Shown here: positions 17,292 to 28,610 of the stretch, piece after piece
Position numbering within the stretch: position 1 is the stretch's first letter
Layout: each line of letters begins with the position of its first letter
Assembly (NCBI GenBank): GCA_951406725.2
Contig: OX597823.1
Location: 63,302,001 to 63,366,000 of the forward strand
Length of the DNA stretch: 64,000 nucleotides
From: Octopus vulgaris
Lineage: Eukaryota
Reading direction: 5' to 3'
Translations under genes and position numbers: made by a program
The notes under the pieces: model-generated
What the model was told of the DNA's origin: nothing
Databases searched by the model: none
The model's input: only the letters and a program-made list of their open reading frames with translations

Positions 17292-17421
17292 CCAGGACTT
17301 ATTCTTTGTGAGCCTAGTACTTATTCAATCGGTCTCTTTTGTCGAACCGCTAAGTTATGGAGACGTAAACACACCAACATTGGTTGTCAAGTGATGGTGG
17401 TGGGGACAAAAACAGCCACAG

Positions 17422-17519
<98 letters not shown>

Positions 17520-17655
17520 GACGGGCTTCTTTCAGTTTCCGTCTACCAAATCCACTTACAAAGCTTTAGTCGGCCCGAGGCTATAGTAGAAGAAAATTGC
17601 CTAAGGTGCCATGTAGTTGGCAAACAAGCATCTTACCACATAGTCACACCTGTAT
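17292..17655 (-). mobile_element. SINE family B
   Basis: Matches family B body with internal (CA)n(TA)n. Confidence 0.85.
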
Positions 17656-17706
17656 GCATATGTATACGTACATGTATATGTATATGTATATGTATATATA
17701 TATGTA

Positions 17707-17771
<65 letters not shown>

Positions 17772-17773
<2 letters not shown>

Positions 17774-19624
17774 CGGGAAGGTTTACGAAAATAAACAAAA
17801 GACGAAGGCAGGTTTACGAAAATAAACAAGAGACGAAGGCAGGTGGAGTGCAAACAAACAATGTATTAGTATGGCGCTCAGGAATAGAAATAAAACAAGT
17901 CTTTTACATTTCGAGTCTACGCTCTTCAACAGAAAGATACACAGAAAAGAAACAAAGAGAGAAAAAAATTGCGTGTAGGGGTTAACGATCCAACATGGCG
18001 TTCTGATTTCAGGAGAAGTCAGAGATCGGAGGTCAAACGTTAGAGGTCAGACATTAGACGCTAGAGGGATAGTAGGGGAGATAACAGGGTCAAGTGACCT
18101 CGTTCCAACCTGAAGGTGCGTGTGTGGATAAGAGAGTATGTATGGGGGAGAGAGGAGAAGAGGAGGGGGAGAGGAGGAGGGGAAGAGAAGGGGAGTGAGG
18201 GAGCAGAGAGAAAGAGAGAGGGGGAAGAGGGAAGAAGAAAGAAGAAGAGGGAATAAGGGAAGAGGAAGGAAAGAGAGTAGGGGTGAAAAGATGAGTAGGG
18301 GTGAAAAGATGAAGGACTGAAGAGAAGTGGGAGTCGGGGGAGGTTAGATGAAAAAGGGGGGGTTAGATGAAAAGGGGGGAGAGTTGAGACCAAATGGCGT
18401 AAAAGAGCGAAGAGAGAAGATTAATCCCTGTTCACGGCGCAAACGGGAATCCGGATGGCCTCTGTGCAAGGACAATCCGAACACAGACAGGTCTTCCAAG
18501 GAGTGACCGGTGGAGCGGAAATGGCGTGAGACCGGTGTGTCATTGGCCAGGCGGATGTCTCGGAGGTGTTCCGCGAACCGGTCAGCCAAGCGGCGTACCG
18601 TTTTTCCGATGTACAGGGAATGGCAGAGAGAGCAGGAGATGCAATAGATGATATTGCTGGAGGTGCAGGTGAAGGAGTCGATAATGCGATAGGGTCGATG
18701 ATGGGTGCCAGTGAGGAGGGTGGTGTTGGAGAGGTAAGGGCATGTGCGGCAACGTGGGCGGGAGCAGGGGAACGAGCCAGGTTGGGAGGTAGGGTCAGGG
18801 AAGAAGCTGTGGACCAATAGGTCTCGTAGGTTATGGGCTCGTTTGATAGAGGGGAGGGGTCGGTTAGGGAAGAGGTGTGAAGTGGACGGGTCAGACTGGA
18901 GATGCCGGAAAGCTCGAAGAATGGTGCGTTGGAGAGGTAGGGTGATGGGGTGGTAAGTGAGGGGAAAAGGGAGGCGGGAGACTGCAGGGCGGGTTCGGGG
19001 GGAGAGAGCAGATGCACGGTCTACGGAACGTGCTCTCGCGAGGGCGGTGTGGATAGTAGTGAGGGGATATCCACGTAGAATGAAGTGGCGAGCCATGAGT
19101 TGAGACTGAGTCTCAAAGTCATGGTCGTCACTACAGAGCCTGCGTAGACGGAGGAATTGGGAATAGGGGATGGAAAGCTTAGTGTGTTTGGGGTGGGAGG
19201 AAGAGAAGTTTAGGTATGGGTGTGAGTCTGTGTGTTTGTAGTGAATGGAGGTGGTAAGAGTGGAGTGATGAATGCTGACCGAAATGTCGAGGAAGGAGAC
19301 AGAGGTGTAGGAGATAGTGGAGGTGAAGTGGAGGGCAGGATGGAAGGATTGGACGAAAGAGAGGAAGGAATCTAGATGTTCACGGGAGAGTGAGGTGGCA
19401 CCGATAATGTCGTCAATGTAACGACCGTATAGTTCGGGAGTGGGACCAGTAAAATTAGAGAATATTTGGGCCTCAACATAGCCAACGAACAGGTTCGCAT
19501 AGTTGGGGCCCATTCGCGTTCCCATGGCCACTCCCGAGAAATGTTGGTAGAACTCACCCGCGAAGGAGAAGCAGTTAAGAGAAAGGACAAGTTCGGCCAG
19601 ACGAATGAGTGTGGAGGTGTCTGG
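17772..19624 (-). mobile_element. Penelope-like retroelement, 5'-truncated, with 3' terminal repeat
   Basis: RT/GIY-YIG ORF followed by a terminal region with an HHR variant; terminal region also found alone at 30941-31140; ends at (TA)n. Confidence 0.92.
18344..19624 (-). CDS. Penelope reverse transcriptase C-terminal part plus GIY-YIG endonuclease (open but 5'-truncated)
   Basis: GVAMGTRMGPNYANLF, RYIDD, FLD, SIPYSQFLRLRRLCS, CSRPRCRTC linker, CTSSNIIYCISCSLCHSLYIGKT..RFAEH, GLN. Confidence 0.9.
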   Translation of the reverse strand, partial: PDTSTLIRLAELVLSLNCFSFAGEFYQHFSGVAMGTRMGPNYANLFVGYVEAQIFSNFTGPTPELYGRYIDDIIGATSLSREHLDSFLSFVQSFHPALHFTSTISYTSVSFLDISVSIHHSTLTTSIHYKHTDSHPYLNFSSSHPKHTKLSIPYSQFLRLRRLCSDDHDFETQSQLMARHFILRGYPLTTIHTALARARSVDRASALSPRTRPAVSRLPFPLTYHPITLPLQRTILRAFRHLQSDPSTSHLFPNRPLPSIKRAHNLRDLLVHSFFPDPTSQPGSFPCSRPRCRTCPYLSNTTLLTGTHHRPYRIIDSFTCTSSNIIYCISCSLCHSLYIGKTVRRLADRFAEHLRDIRLANDTPVSRHFRSTGHSLEDLSVFGLSLHRGHPDSRLRREQGLIFSLRSFTPFGLNSPPFSSNPPFFI

Positions 19625-19729
19625 TTATATCAGTTCAGCAAAATTTAGATTCAAATGAACATGGTACTTAAGTCAGAGGTACCAGAATTTTGTATGGTAT
19701 TATCCATATACATCCATGGGGTGATTATA

Positions 19730-19867
19730 ATCAAAATAAGCAACAAGTATTTCTTCGGTAAATTGGTACGATCATTTCATGCTACTTTTCATGCTACTTC
19801 ATAAAATGAAGTAGCATGAAACGATCGTACTAAATTACCGAAGATATACTTGTTGCTTACTTTGATA
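19730..19867. repeat. Fold-back inverted repeat, ~60-bp arms
   Basis: ATCAAAATAAGCAACAAGTAT..TTCGGTAA..GTACGATC..CATGCTACTTCAT / ATGAAGTAGCATG..GATCGTAC..TTACCGAA..ATACTTGTTGCTTACTTTGAT. Confidence 0.9.
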
Positions 19868-19881
19868 TATATATATATATA

Positions 19882-19994
<113 letters not shown>

Positions 19995-20039
19995 TTCGTT
20001 TTTCGATTTGGGTTTGCAAGGTTCGTGTGTTGAAGCATA

Positions 20040-20335
20040 TTTTGTTGTTTCTGGGGAGAATCATTCTCTTTTAGTGCCTTATAATTTAACACACTCACCG
20101 GTAAAATTTCCACTTATTTCTCTTTTATTTTTCTAAAATTTTCGTTGCGTCTTGCAACCTTTTCAATAGATTTGACTCTGTCCGTTATTCACACTGCCTT
20201 CCTTTTTGTTTGTTTGTGCGCATGTGTGTGGGTTAGTGTGTGCGTATGTGTGCTTGTCTGTTCATATAATCTATGTACCTATCCGTCCCTATGTTCATCT
20301 GTTTACTTTCATATCCATGTGCTTATATACATGTG

Positions 20336-20383
<48 letters not shown>

Positions 20384-21278
20384 CATATACATACCCCCCC
20401 CCCCCCCCACACACATTCATACATCTATCTATATAACAGCCCACTAACTATTCTACTCTACCTCTGTAAACTGTGAGTATGGGGGTATGATATCTACTAT
20501 GTATATTTCCTATTTAGCATTGGGGGCAACATGCCAAGGACCAAATGGAGGCAACCTGGGTCAACTTGACATCCGCATCTTATCCAAGCACCCAAAAGAC
20601 CCAACATTCAGACGAATACTTCCCCAATACTAAATAGGAAATATACATGGTAGATATCATACTCCACACATACACTCAGACATGCACACACAAGGAGACA
20701 GAGGTACACACACACATATATATAAACACACACACACGCACACGTATACATAAAAACACACAAACGCGGACACGCAAACACATGAATATGTAGAATGCAT
20801 ACATACAAATATACGCACATACATACATACATATATACATATGCACACATACACATACATACATACACACATGCATACATACATACATACATTCATACAT
20901 ACATGCATGCATGCATGCATGCATGCATGCATGCATACATACATACACACATGCATACATACATACACACATGCATACATACATACATACATACATGCAT
21001 GCATGCATACATACATACATACATACATACATACATACACACATACACACATGCATACATGCATACACACATACATACATACATACATACATACATACAT
21101 ACATACATACATACATACATACATACATGCATGCATGTGTAGGCAAGAGTCAAAACTATTGAAAAGGTTGCAAGACGCAACGGAAATATTAGAAAAATAA
21201 AAAAGAAATAAGAAATTTTACCGGTGAGTGTTAACTTATAAAGCACTAAAAGAGAATGACTCTCCCCAGACACAACAG

Positions 21279-21280
<2 letters not shown>
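20040..21280. repeat. Inverted pair of a ~135-bp repeat (20040-20180 and 21146-21280)
   Basis: CTGGGGAGAATCATTCTCTTTTAGTGC...CACTCACCGGTAAAATTTC...CGTTGCGTCTTGCAACCTTTTCAATAG and its reverse complement. Confidence 0.85.
20480..20668. mobile_element. MITE-like element with ~42-bp inverted repeats
   Basis: GTATGATATCTACTATGTATATTTCCTATTTAGCATTGGGG versus CCCCAATACTAAATAGGAAATATACATGGTAGATATCATAC. Confidence 0.75.
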
Positions 21281-21329
<49 letters not shown>

Positions 21330-21331
<2 letters not shown>

Positions 21332-22347
21332 AGCATACCTCACCCTACGTCGTTAATTGATTCCAGGAGACATGACTTAAGTCGAATTAACTTATATCTA
21401 GGCTAGGCCAGGCCGAATTTACTTGTATCTTGGCTAAACCTATAATAACCATTCCCAGTTCGAAACTTTAGTTATGAATGTATTTTCAATAGTGCATGGT
21501 TAATAAAAACCTGTTTTATGTTTACAATCAAATAATTTTTAATTTTTAATACAGTACAGTAAAAAGAAGTAATCTAAATTTACCAAAGCAATTTGGTGTA
21601 CATCGCGGACGTTTACAGTACATCGCGGACGCTTTATAAGCCTAGTACTTATTCTATCGGTCTCTTTTGCCAAACCGCTAAGTTACGGGGACGTAAACAC
21701 ACCAGCGTCGGTTGTCAAGCTATGTTGGGGGACAAACACAGACACACAAACATACACGCACACACTCACACACACACACACACACATGCATATATACATA
21801 TATACACACGATGGGCTTCTTTCAGTTTCCGCCTACCAAATCCACTCACAAGGCTTTGGTTGGCTATAGCAGAAGACACTTGCCCAACGTGCCACGCAGT
21901 GGGACTGAACCCGGAACCATGTTGTTCGCAAGCAAACTACTTACCACACAGCCACTCCTACGCCTATAATTTAATAATTATCATTATTTCACAATAGTAA
22001 AAAAAAATCTAAATTATTCTAAATTGACCAATTTGGTGATTTCGTGATTTCATGATTTCATTCACGAAGCCACACTATTTCATGGTGTGTGTCTTAGTGT
22101 TTACTGTACGTATTTTAATATGATTTAATATGTTTTTATTCTTATTTATTGTACAGCAACATGATTTTACGTGCTTTTAACGGTTTCCTGGTGATTTTTA
22201 CGATTCCAATATTTATGGCGGACAGACGTAAAGTCGAATAAAATGACTTACCTTGATTTCTGTTTTTTTTCCATATATCATTTTTGAAAACGGACGTATA
22301 ATCTAGAACATCTTAAATCGAAACGACATAAGCCGAGGTATGCCTTG
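21330..22347. mobile_element. Tigger/pogo-like MITE with nested SINE B (21631-21967, minus)
   Basis: TA|CAAGCATACCTCACCCTACGTCGTT and AACGACATAAGCCGAGGTATGCCTTG|TA termini. Confidence 0.7.
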
Positions 22348-22371
22348 TATATATATATATATATATATATA

Positions 22372-22612
22372 TACTCTACTCTTTTACTAGTTTCAGTCAT
22401 TTGACTGCGGCCATGCTGGAGCACTGCCTTTAGTCGAGCAAATCGACCCCAGGGCTTATTCTTTATAAGCCTAGTACTTATTCTATGGGTCTCTTTTGCC
22501 GAACCGCTATGTTACGAGGACGTAAACACACTAGCATCGGTTGTCAAGCGATGCTGGAGGGACAAACACAGACACACACACACACACACACACACATACA
22601 CACACACACATA

Positions 22613-22658
<46 letters not shown>

Positions 22659-22793
22659 ACGGGTTTCTTTCCGTTTCTGTCTATCATATCCACTCACAAG
22701 ACTTTGGTCGGCCCGAGGCTATAGTAGAAGACACTTACCCAACGTGCCACGCAGTGAGACTGAACGCGAAACTATGTGGTTGGTAAGCAAGCT
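22372..22793 (-). mobile_element. SINE family B
   Basis: Near full-length family B copy. Confidence 0.9.
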
Positions 22794-22805
22794 ATATATA
22801 TATAT

Positions 22806-22970
22806 AGGCGCAGGAGTGGCTCTGTGGTAAGTAGCTTGTTTACCAACCACATGGTTCCGGGTTGAGTCCCACTGCGTGGCCCCTTGGGCAATTGTCCTCT
22901 ACTATAGCCTCGGGCCGACCAAAGCCTTGTGAGTGGATTTAGTAGACGGAAACTGAAAGAAGCCCGTCGA

Positions 22971-23025
<55 letters not shown>

Positions 23026-23219
23026 TCCCTCCCAACATCGCTTGACAACCGATGGTGGTGCGTTTACGTCCCCGTAACTTAGCGGTTCAGCAAAAGAGAC
23101 CCATAGAATAAGTACTAGGCTTACAAAGAATAAGTCCTGGGGTCGATTTGCTCGACTAAAGGCGGTTCTCCAGGATGGTCGCAGTCAAATGACTGAAACA
23201 AGTAAAAGAGTAAAAGAGT
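22806..23219 (+). mobile_element. SINE family B, full length
   Basis: AGGCGCAGGAGTGGCTCTGTGGTAAG head, B box GGGTTGAGTCCC, tail GTAAAAGAGTAAAAGAG. Confidence 0.9.
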
Positions 23220-23224
23220 GTGTA

Positions 23225-23294
<70 letters not shown>

Positions 23295-23301
<7 letters not shown>

Positions 23302-23783
23302 AGCGTAAGGTCTTCGAGGCAGGCCTTGGAGTTAATTCTAGGTCCTGGAAATAGTTGTTAAACCCTGAATAGACAATGTATGCAATGGAAGGCCATATGT
23401 GTTTCAGTAAGACTCAGCACTATCACACATGGCTCTAGTAGCACAGGAATGGATAGCTGAAAATTTTCATGATCACATAACCCCTAACATTTGGCCTCCT
23501 AATTCCTCAGATCTCATGTGAAGCGTTGTTGAGTGAGAGGTCAATGAGCACACCCATAACTCCAAAGAAAGCTACCATAGTCAGAGTAATGCCCAAAATG
23601 AATCAATGATGTAGATGATTGAGATATCATATGGAAGCAGTTGCTGAAGCTGATGGTGGCTTTATTAAAAGAAGGTTTATTTTTATCCTCAGAGCATTTT
23701 TTGATAAATAAAGTTATTTGTTATTATATATCTGTTTTTCCTTTATAAACGTAAATCTGTCCTTAATTATCTTACGCACCCTG
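23295..23783 (+). mobile_element. Internally deleted Tc1/mariner (DD37D-like) element
   Basis: WIAENFHDHITPNIWPPNSSDL remnant; right end CTTACGCACCCTG|TA, imperfect left end TA|CAGAATGAGCGTAAG. Confidence 0.7.
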
Positions 23784-23856
23784 TATATGTATACACACAC
23801 ACATACATACGCACACACACATATATTATATATATATATACATACACATATATATA

Positions 23857-23895
<39 letters not shown>

Positions 23896-24041
23896 ATATA
23901 TAGAGAGAAACAGAGAGAGCGAGCGAGAGAGAGAGAGAGAGAGAGAAAGAAATAGGAGGGAGAGATAGAGTCGGACAGACAGACAGTGAGATCGACAGAC
24001 AAATATATGGATAGACAAATACGACAAACTGTCAGACAGAC

Positions 24042-24074
<33 letters not shown>

Positions 24075-24077
24075 TAA

Positions 24078-24158
<81 letters not shown>

Positions 24159-26119
24159 CGTAACTCAAGCAAGTCGTTGCTAGAGGGTCGTTTAATTCTG
24201 TCTAGTCTGTTAAAAGATGATGATAACCTACACTCTATTAAATCCAAATTGCAGCTGATGATTAGGTTATAATCAGCGTTGATCTTCTAATCTTTAATCG
24301 TTAAACTACGTCACTTCTACCCCGGACATATAAATAGATTTAACTGACGTTAATTAGTTGGATTAACTGGTGTGGTGTGTGGGTGAATAACCAATGGTAG
24401 TGATGATGGTGGAGGTGTACGATAAACGATTGAAGAAGCAGACGACAAGAAGCAGAAGACAAAGAAGGCGATAGAAGACAGGGGAGGAGTAGGAGAAGAA
24501 GGAGTAGGAGGAAGAGGGGGAAGGAAAAGATTGATGAATATGACGATGAAGAAGAAAGTGAACTAGAAAATGAAGAAGAGAATTGGTAATAGTTGTTGGG
24601 AGAGGAAGTGTTCTACTTGTTATTGCATATTCGCAGGTTAAAACCTTCAACGAACATGATCTATGACACACAGGTTATGTGTCATTCATCGATTTATGTC
24701 ACAGATCCAGTTATATACCATGCTTTCGTTTCCACTTTTTTAGAGCGACCGAGTTACAGTGGTTTATAGTAACGAATGCAACGTAGGAATCGGGAGATTA
24801 TACTTCTCTTTCACTGTACAGTCTGCTTTTTTTTTTTCTATGTCATAGATTGTTGCTGTTGCTTTTTTTAACCCGATGTCTGCCCTTACTGAACAGGCTC
24901 ACGATCAATTTCGTTCGAGTCAGGGTTATCAATTTCCGACTTAGCAGTACCAAATTTAGATATAGTAAGACCTTGAGCTATATAAATCTTAGAAGTGGGA
25001 GTCTTACATTAAAACAAAAACAACTTCCAAAAACAAAAACAAAAGAAGACTGTCTTACAAAAATTTAAAACAAATATGCTTTTAATTATTTTGAGATCAT
25101 TACCGATTGTCGCATCACAATATTTATTAAGTCATTACTACAGGCTTCTATATCCGGAGCCATATCGTTATTCGGTGTGTCCCTCCTTCATTAAAACAGA
25201 AGCGTGTCAAATAAGTAAGATTTAGCTGTTATTTCTGGTAGCTTGAGAAAGAAGTAACCCTCATTGGCTGTTTAATATATCGGTTACTAATGTTGCTTAG
25301 CCTCAGGTCAGCTCTGACAAAGCAGACCTATGATCAAACCATTCAAATCGTCATCATCCCATGTCTTTAAGAGCATCTACGAGTACGTTATTCATTGCGT
25401 TCTTGTCCTGATTAAGAAGTCCTATTGTCAAAAGAGTTCCAACCGTAGCCATCACGTCTTTTCCTATATCTCTAACGCATCCTTCTTTTTTGAAATGGGT
25501 GGGGACGGGGTGAGCTCGGAGAGATCTGACTGTTATTTCTAGCTGGTCGAGAGACCATGTAGGGCCTCATTGTATACCTGTCAGATCTTGCAATGTTCAC
25601 AGTAGATAATTACAAGTTGTTTCAGTTGTGGAATTTTGGTTGTATTTCTAATATGGTTGAGTGAGAATTGGCTGCTATTTCTAACATGAAGTGACACATA
25701 ATGGATTCTTCGATATTTTCTTGATTAACTAGATGTGGGGGTGCGTGTGTGTATGTGTATGAGAGTGTGTGAGTTTGGAAGAACCGTGTCAGATTGTGAG
25801 TGTGTATCTGTATGAGTGTATGTGTTCGTGTGTGTGAGTGTGTGTGTGAGTGTGTGTGAGTATGTGTGTGTGTATGTGTATGTGTTTCTGTCTGTCTATC
25901 TGTGTGCACGCACAGGTGCACGCGCGCAGTTTACTGCGGTGTGTTTAAATGTTCATCACTTTATCATGAAGTATCAATCTCCACTCATTTAGACAGTCGT
26001 GTGTGAGTGTGTGTGTGTGTGCGATTGAGTGTGTGTGTTTGTGTGAGCGCGCGTATGTGTGTGTATGCGTATGTGTGTGTATGTGTGTACATGCATGCAC
26101 GAGCCCGCGTGTGTGTGTG

Positions 26120-26330
26120 TATGGTGGGCAACATTCCATTATCAAGTAAACACCATATAGACTCCATTATGGCGTACAAGTCACTCAGTTATACGTATGG
26201 TAGACAACCCTCCAGTATGACGAAGACGCAATATGGGTTGCTGTACAAGTCACTCAAAATAATATTTGAGTGGTGGGCAACACTCCAATATGACGTAGCC
26301 ATAATACAGACTCAAGTATGGTCAAGACGT
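26120..26330. repeat. Degenerate ~75-bp tandem repeat, three copies
   Basis: TGGTGGGCAACAYTCCA..ATGACG-like units near 26122, 26198 and 26271; GTACAAGTCACTCA twice. Confidence 0.7.
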
Positions 26331-26476
26331 CAGACATAATTATAATATTAGCATCACGTTTGTTGTTCTTTCAGATTAAAATGCAATCTTTTACAGTGAT
26401 TAAATTTTTTACTTTTTCATTTTCGTTTCTCTTCTCATATTCTTATTTTCTTTGTTTTCTTGTTCGTCTGACCCTC

Positions 26477-26567
<91 letters not shown>

Positions 26568-26665
26568 TCCTTATTTTCTTTCTTTCGTTCATTGTTTTTC
26601 ACTCTTTACTGTCTCAGATTCTCTGTCCTTCCATATTCTCTCTTTCTTTCTTACTTTCTTTCTTA

Positions 26666-26728
<63 letters not shown>

Positions 26729-26812
26729 TCGTTTTGTCCTCTGTGTCTATTTGTCTTTACTGGACTATCATTTTTTTATTGTCTACCTACCTACCTACCT
26801 ACCTACCTATTC

Positions 26813-26897
<85 letters not shown>

Positions 26898-26898
26898 A

Positions 26899-26941
<43 letters not shown>

Positions 26942-26953
26942 GCTATCTGTCTA

Positions 26954-26984
<31 letters not shown>

Positions 26985-27322
26985 TATTGCCTGACGGTGT
27001 CTTTGTATCTGTCTCTGTATCTATATGTCCGTCTGTCTGTCTGCCTGTCTGTTTGCCTACCTGTCTGCCTGTCTGTTTGAATCTCTCTCTCCCTCCCTCT
27101 CTCTCTCTCTGTTTACTGGAGTACATGCTCTCTTGCATATTTATTTAACCCAATTGATCGCTGCTATGTGTGAACATTCACATGCACATGTTTGTCTTCG
27201 CTCTCTCTCTGTCTTTCTCTGGCGCTTTCTTTCTCATTTCGTTATCTCCATGTATCTATCAATCTTATTGTATTGCTGGTGGAAGTACTTAATTCTTAAT
27301 GGTCCTCGCAATTCATCTAATT

Positions 27323-27420
27323 CAGGGGTTCTCAACCGGGGTTTATAATGACCCGTGTGGGTCCATATAAGGTTTTGTTGTTAAAATTTATGTGCAATAA
27401 TCAGCTTATACTTACTTATA
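27323..27420 (+). mobile_element. Possible hAT/Charlie-like MITE end fragment
   Basis: Begins CAGGGGTTCTCAACC; partner end not found. Confidence 0.35.
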
Positions 27421-27438
27421 CATCGGTTGTCAAGCGAT

Positions 27439-27483
<45 letters not shown>

Positions 27484-27513
27484 AGACACACACATACGCT
27501 CGCACGCAAATAT

Positions 27514-27747
27514 ATATTTCTTTATTGCCCACAAAGGGCTAAACACAGAGAGGACAAACAAGGACAGACAAAGGGATTAAGTCGATTACATCGACCCCAG
27601 TGCGAAACTGGTACTTAATTTATTGACCCCGAAAGGATGAAAGGCAAAGTCGACCTCGACGGAATTTGAACTCAGAACGTAACGACAGACGAAATACCGC
27701 TAAGCATTTCGCCCGGCGCGCTAATAACTCTGCCAGCTCGCCGCCTT
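27514..27747 (-). mobile_element. SINE family C, long-tail subfamily
   Basis: Family C head and core plus tail TTTGTCTGTCCTTGTTTGTCCTCTCTGTGTTTAGCCC...GCAATAAAGAAAT. Confidence 0.9.
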
Positions 27748-28090
27748 CTCGCACGCAAATATATTTAATTAAGGTACTATACACCTGGACACAACTCACC
27801 TCCTACTCCAGGAATCGAACTCAAGCCTTCATAATTAAAAGCGTTGTTGTCTAACGATAAGGTTACGAGCCTTTATAGCGATCATCTACCTTGTTCTTAC
27901 CGGATTCAACCGGTGCATAACAAAATGTTGTGCGTCAACGGTTCATTGAATTTAACTTCTGTCGTGATAGACCAACCAGTTTGACGACAGGGTCTCTTCT
28001 TACATATATTAATGAAGATTTTACATTGTCCGTATCTGCCTATAACTTTTGCTCCAGCTCCATACGCGCGCGTGCACACACATACACATA

Positions 28091-28610
28091 CGAGGAGGTA
28101 TCAATAAGTTCCTGCACTTGTTCTGTAGCGCGCCAACAGATGGTAGCACATGGTTGCATGCACAGTGAGAGTTAGCGGTAGCCTTCATGAGGCAGTGTGC
28201 CTAGTGGCAGCGCTGTGTTCACTTCACAAGTTGTGAAGTTTGTATTTTTGTGATCACTTGTATGCTGTAGTCTGCGATTTTTGTCATGGACAAGAACAAT
28301 GAGCCAACTTGAAATTTTACGTTAATCTTGGGAAGTCTACAACCTAGGCATTGGGCATGCTTCGGCAAGCTTACGGCGACGAGGCAATTGGTCGTACGCA
28401 ATATTCCAAGCGGCATGGGTGCTTCAAAAACGAAAGAGTATTACTAGAAGACGATTGGCGATCTGGAAGACCTATCACGAGCGTCATCCTTCGGAAATAT
28501 GGTATTGTGCATTGAGAATTCGTTCCCCAGAGCCAGACCATCAATCAAGTGTTCTACTGTAACGTTTTGAAGCATTTGAATGAGGACAATCGGTGAAAGT
28601 GACCAGATCT
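28091..28610 (+). mobile_element. Mariner fragment, internally deleted, cut by a LINE
   Basis: TA|CGAGGAGGTATCAATAAGTTCC end; remnants LGKS, MLRQAYGDEA, LEDDWRSGRP, GIVH*EFVPQSQTINQVFYCNVL. Confidence 0.8.
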
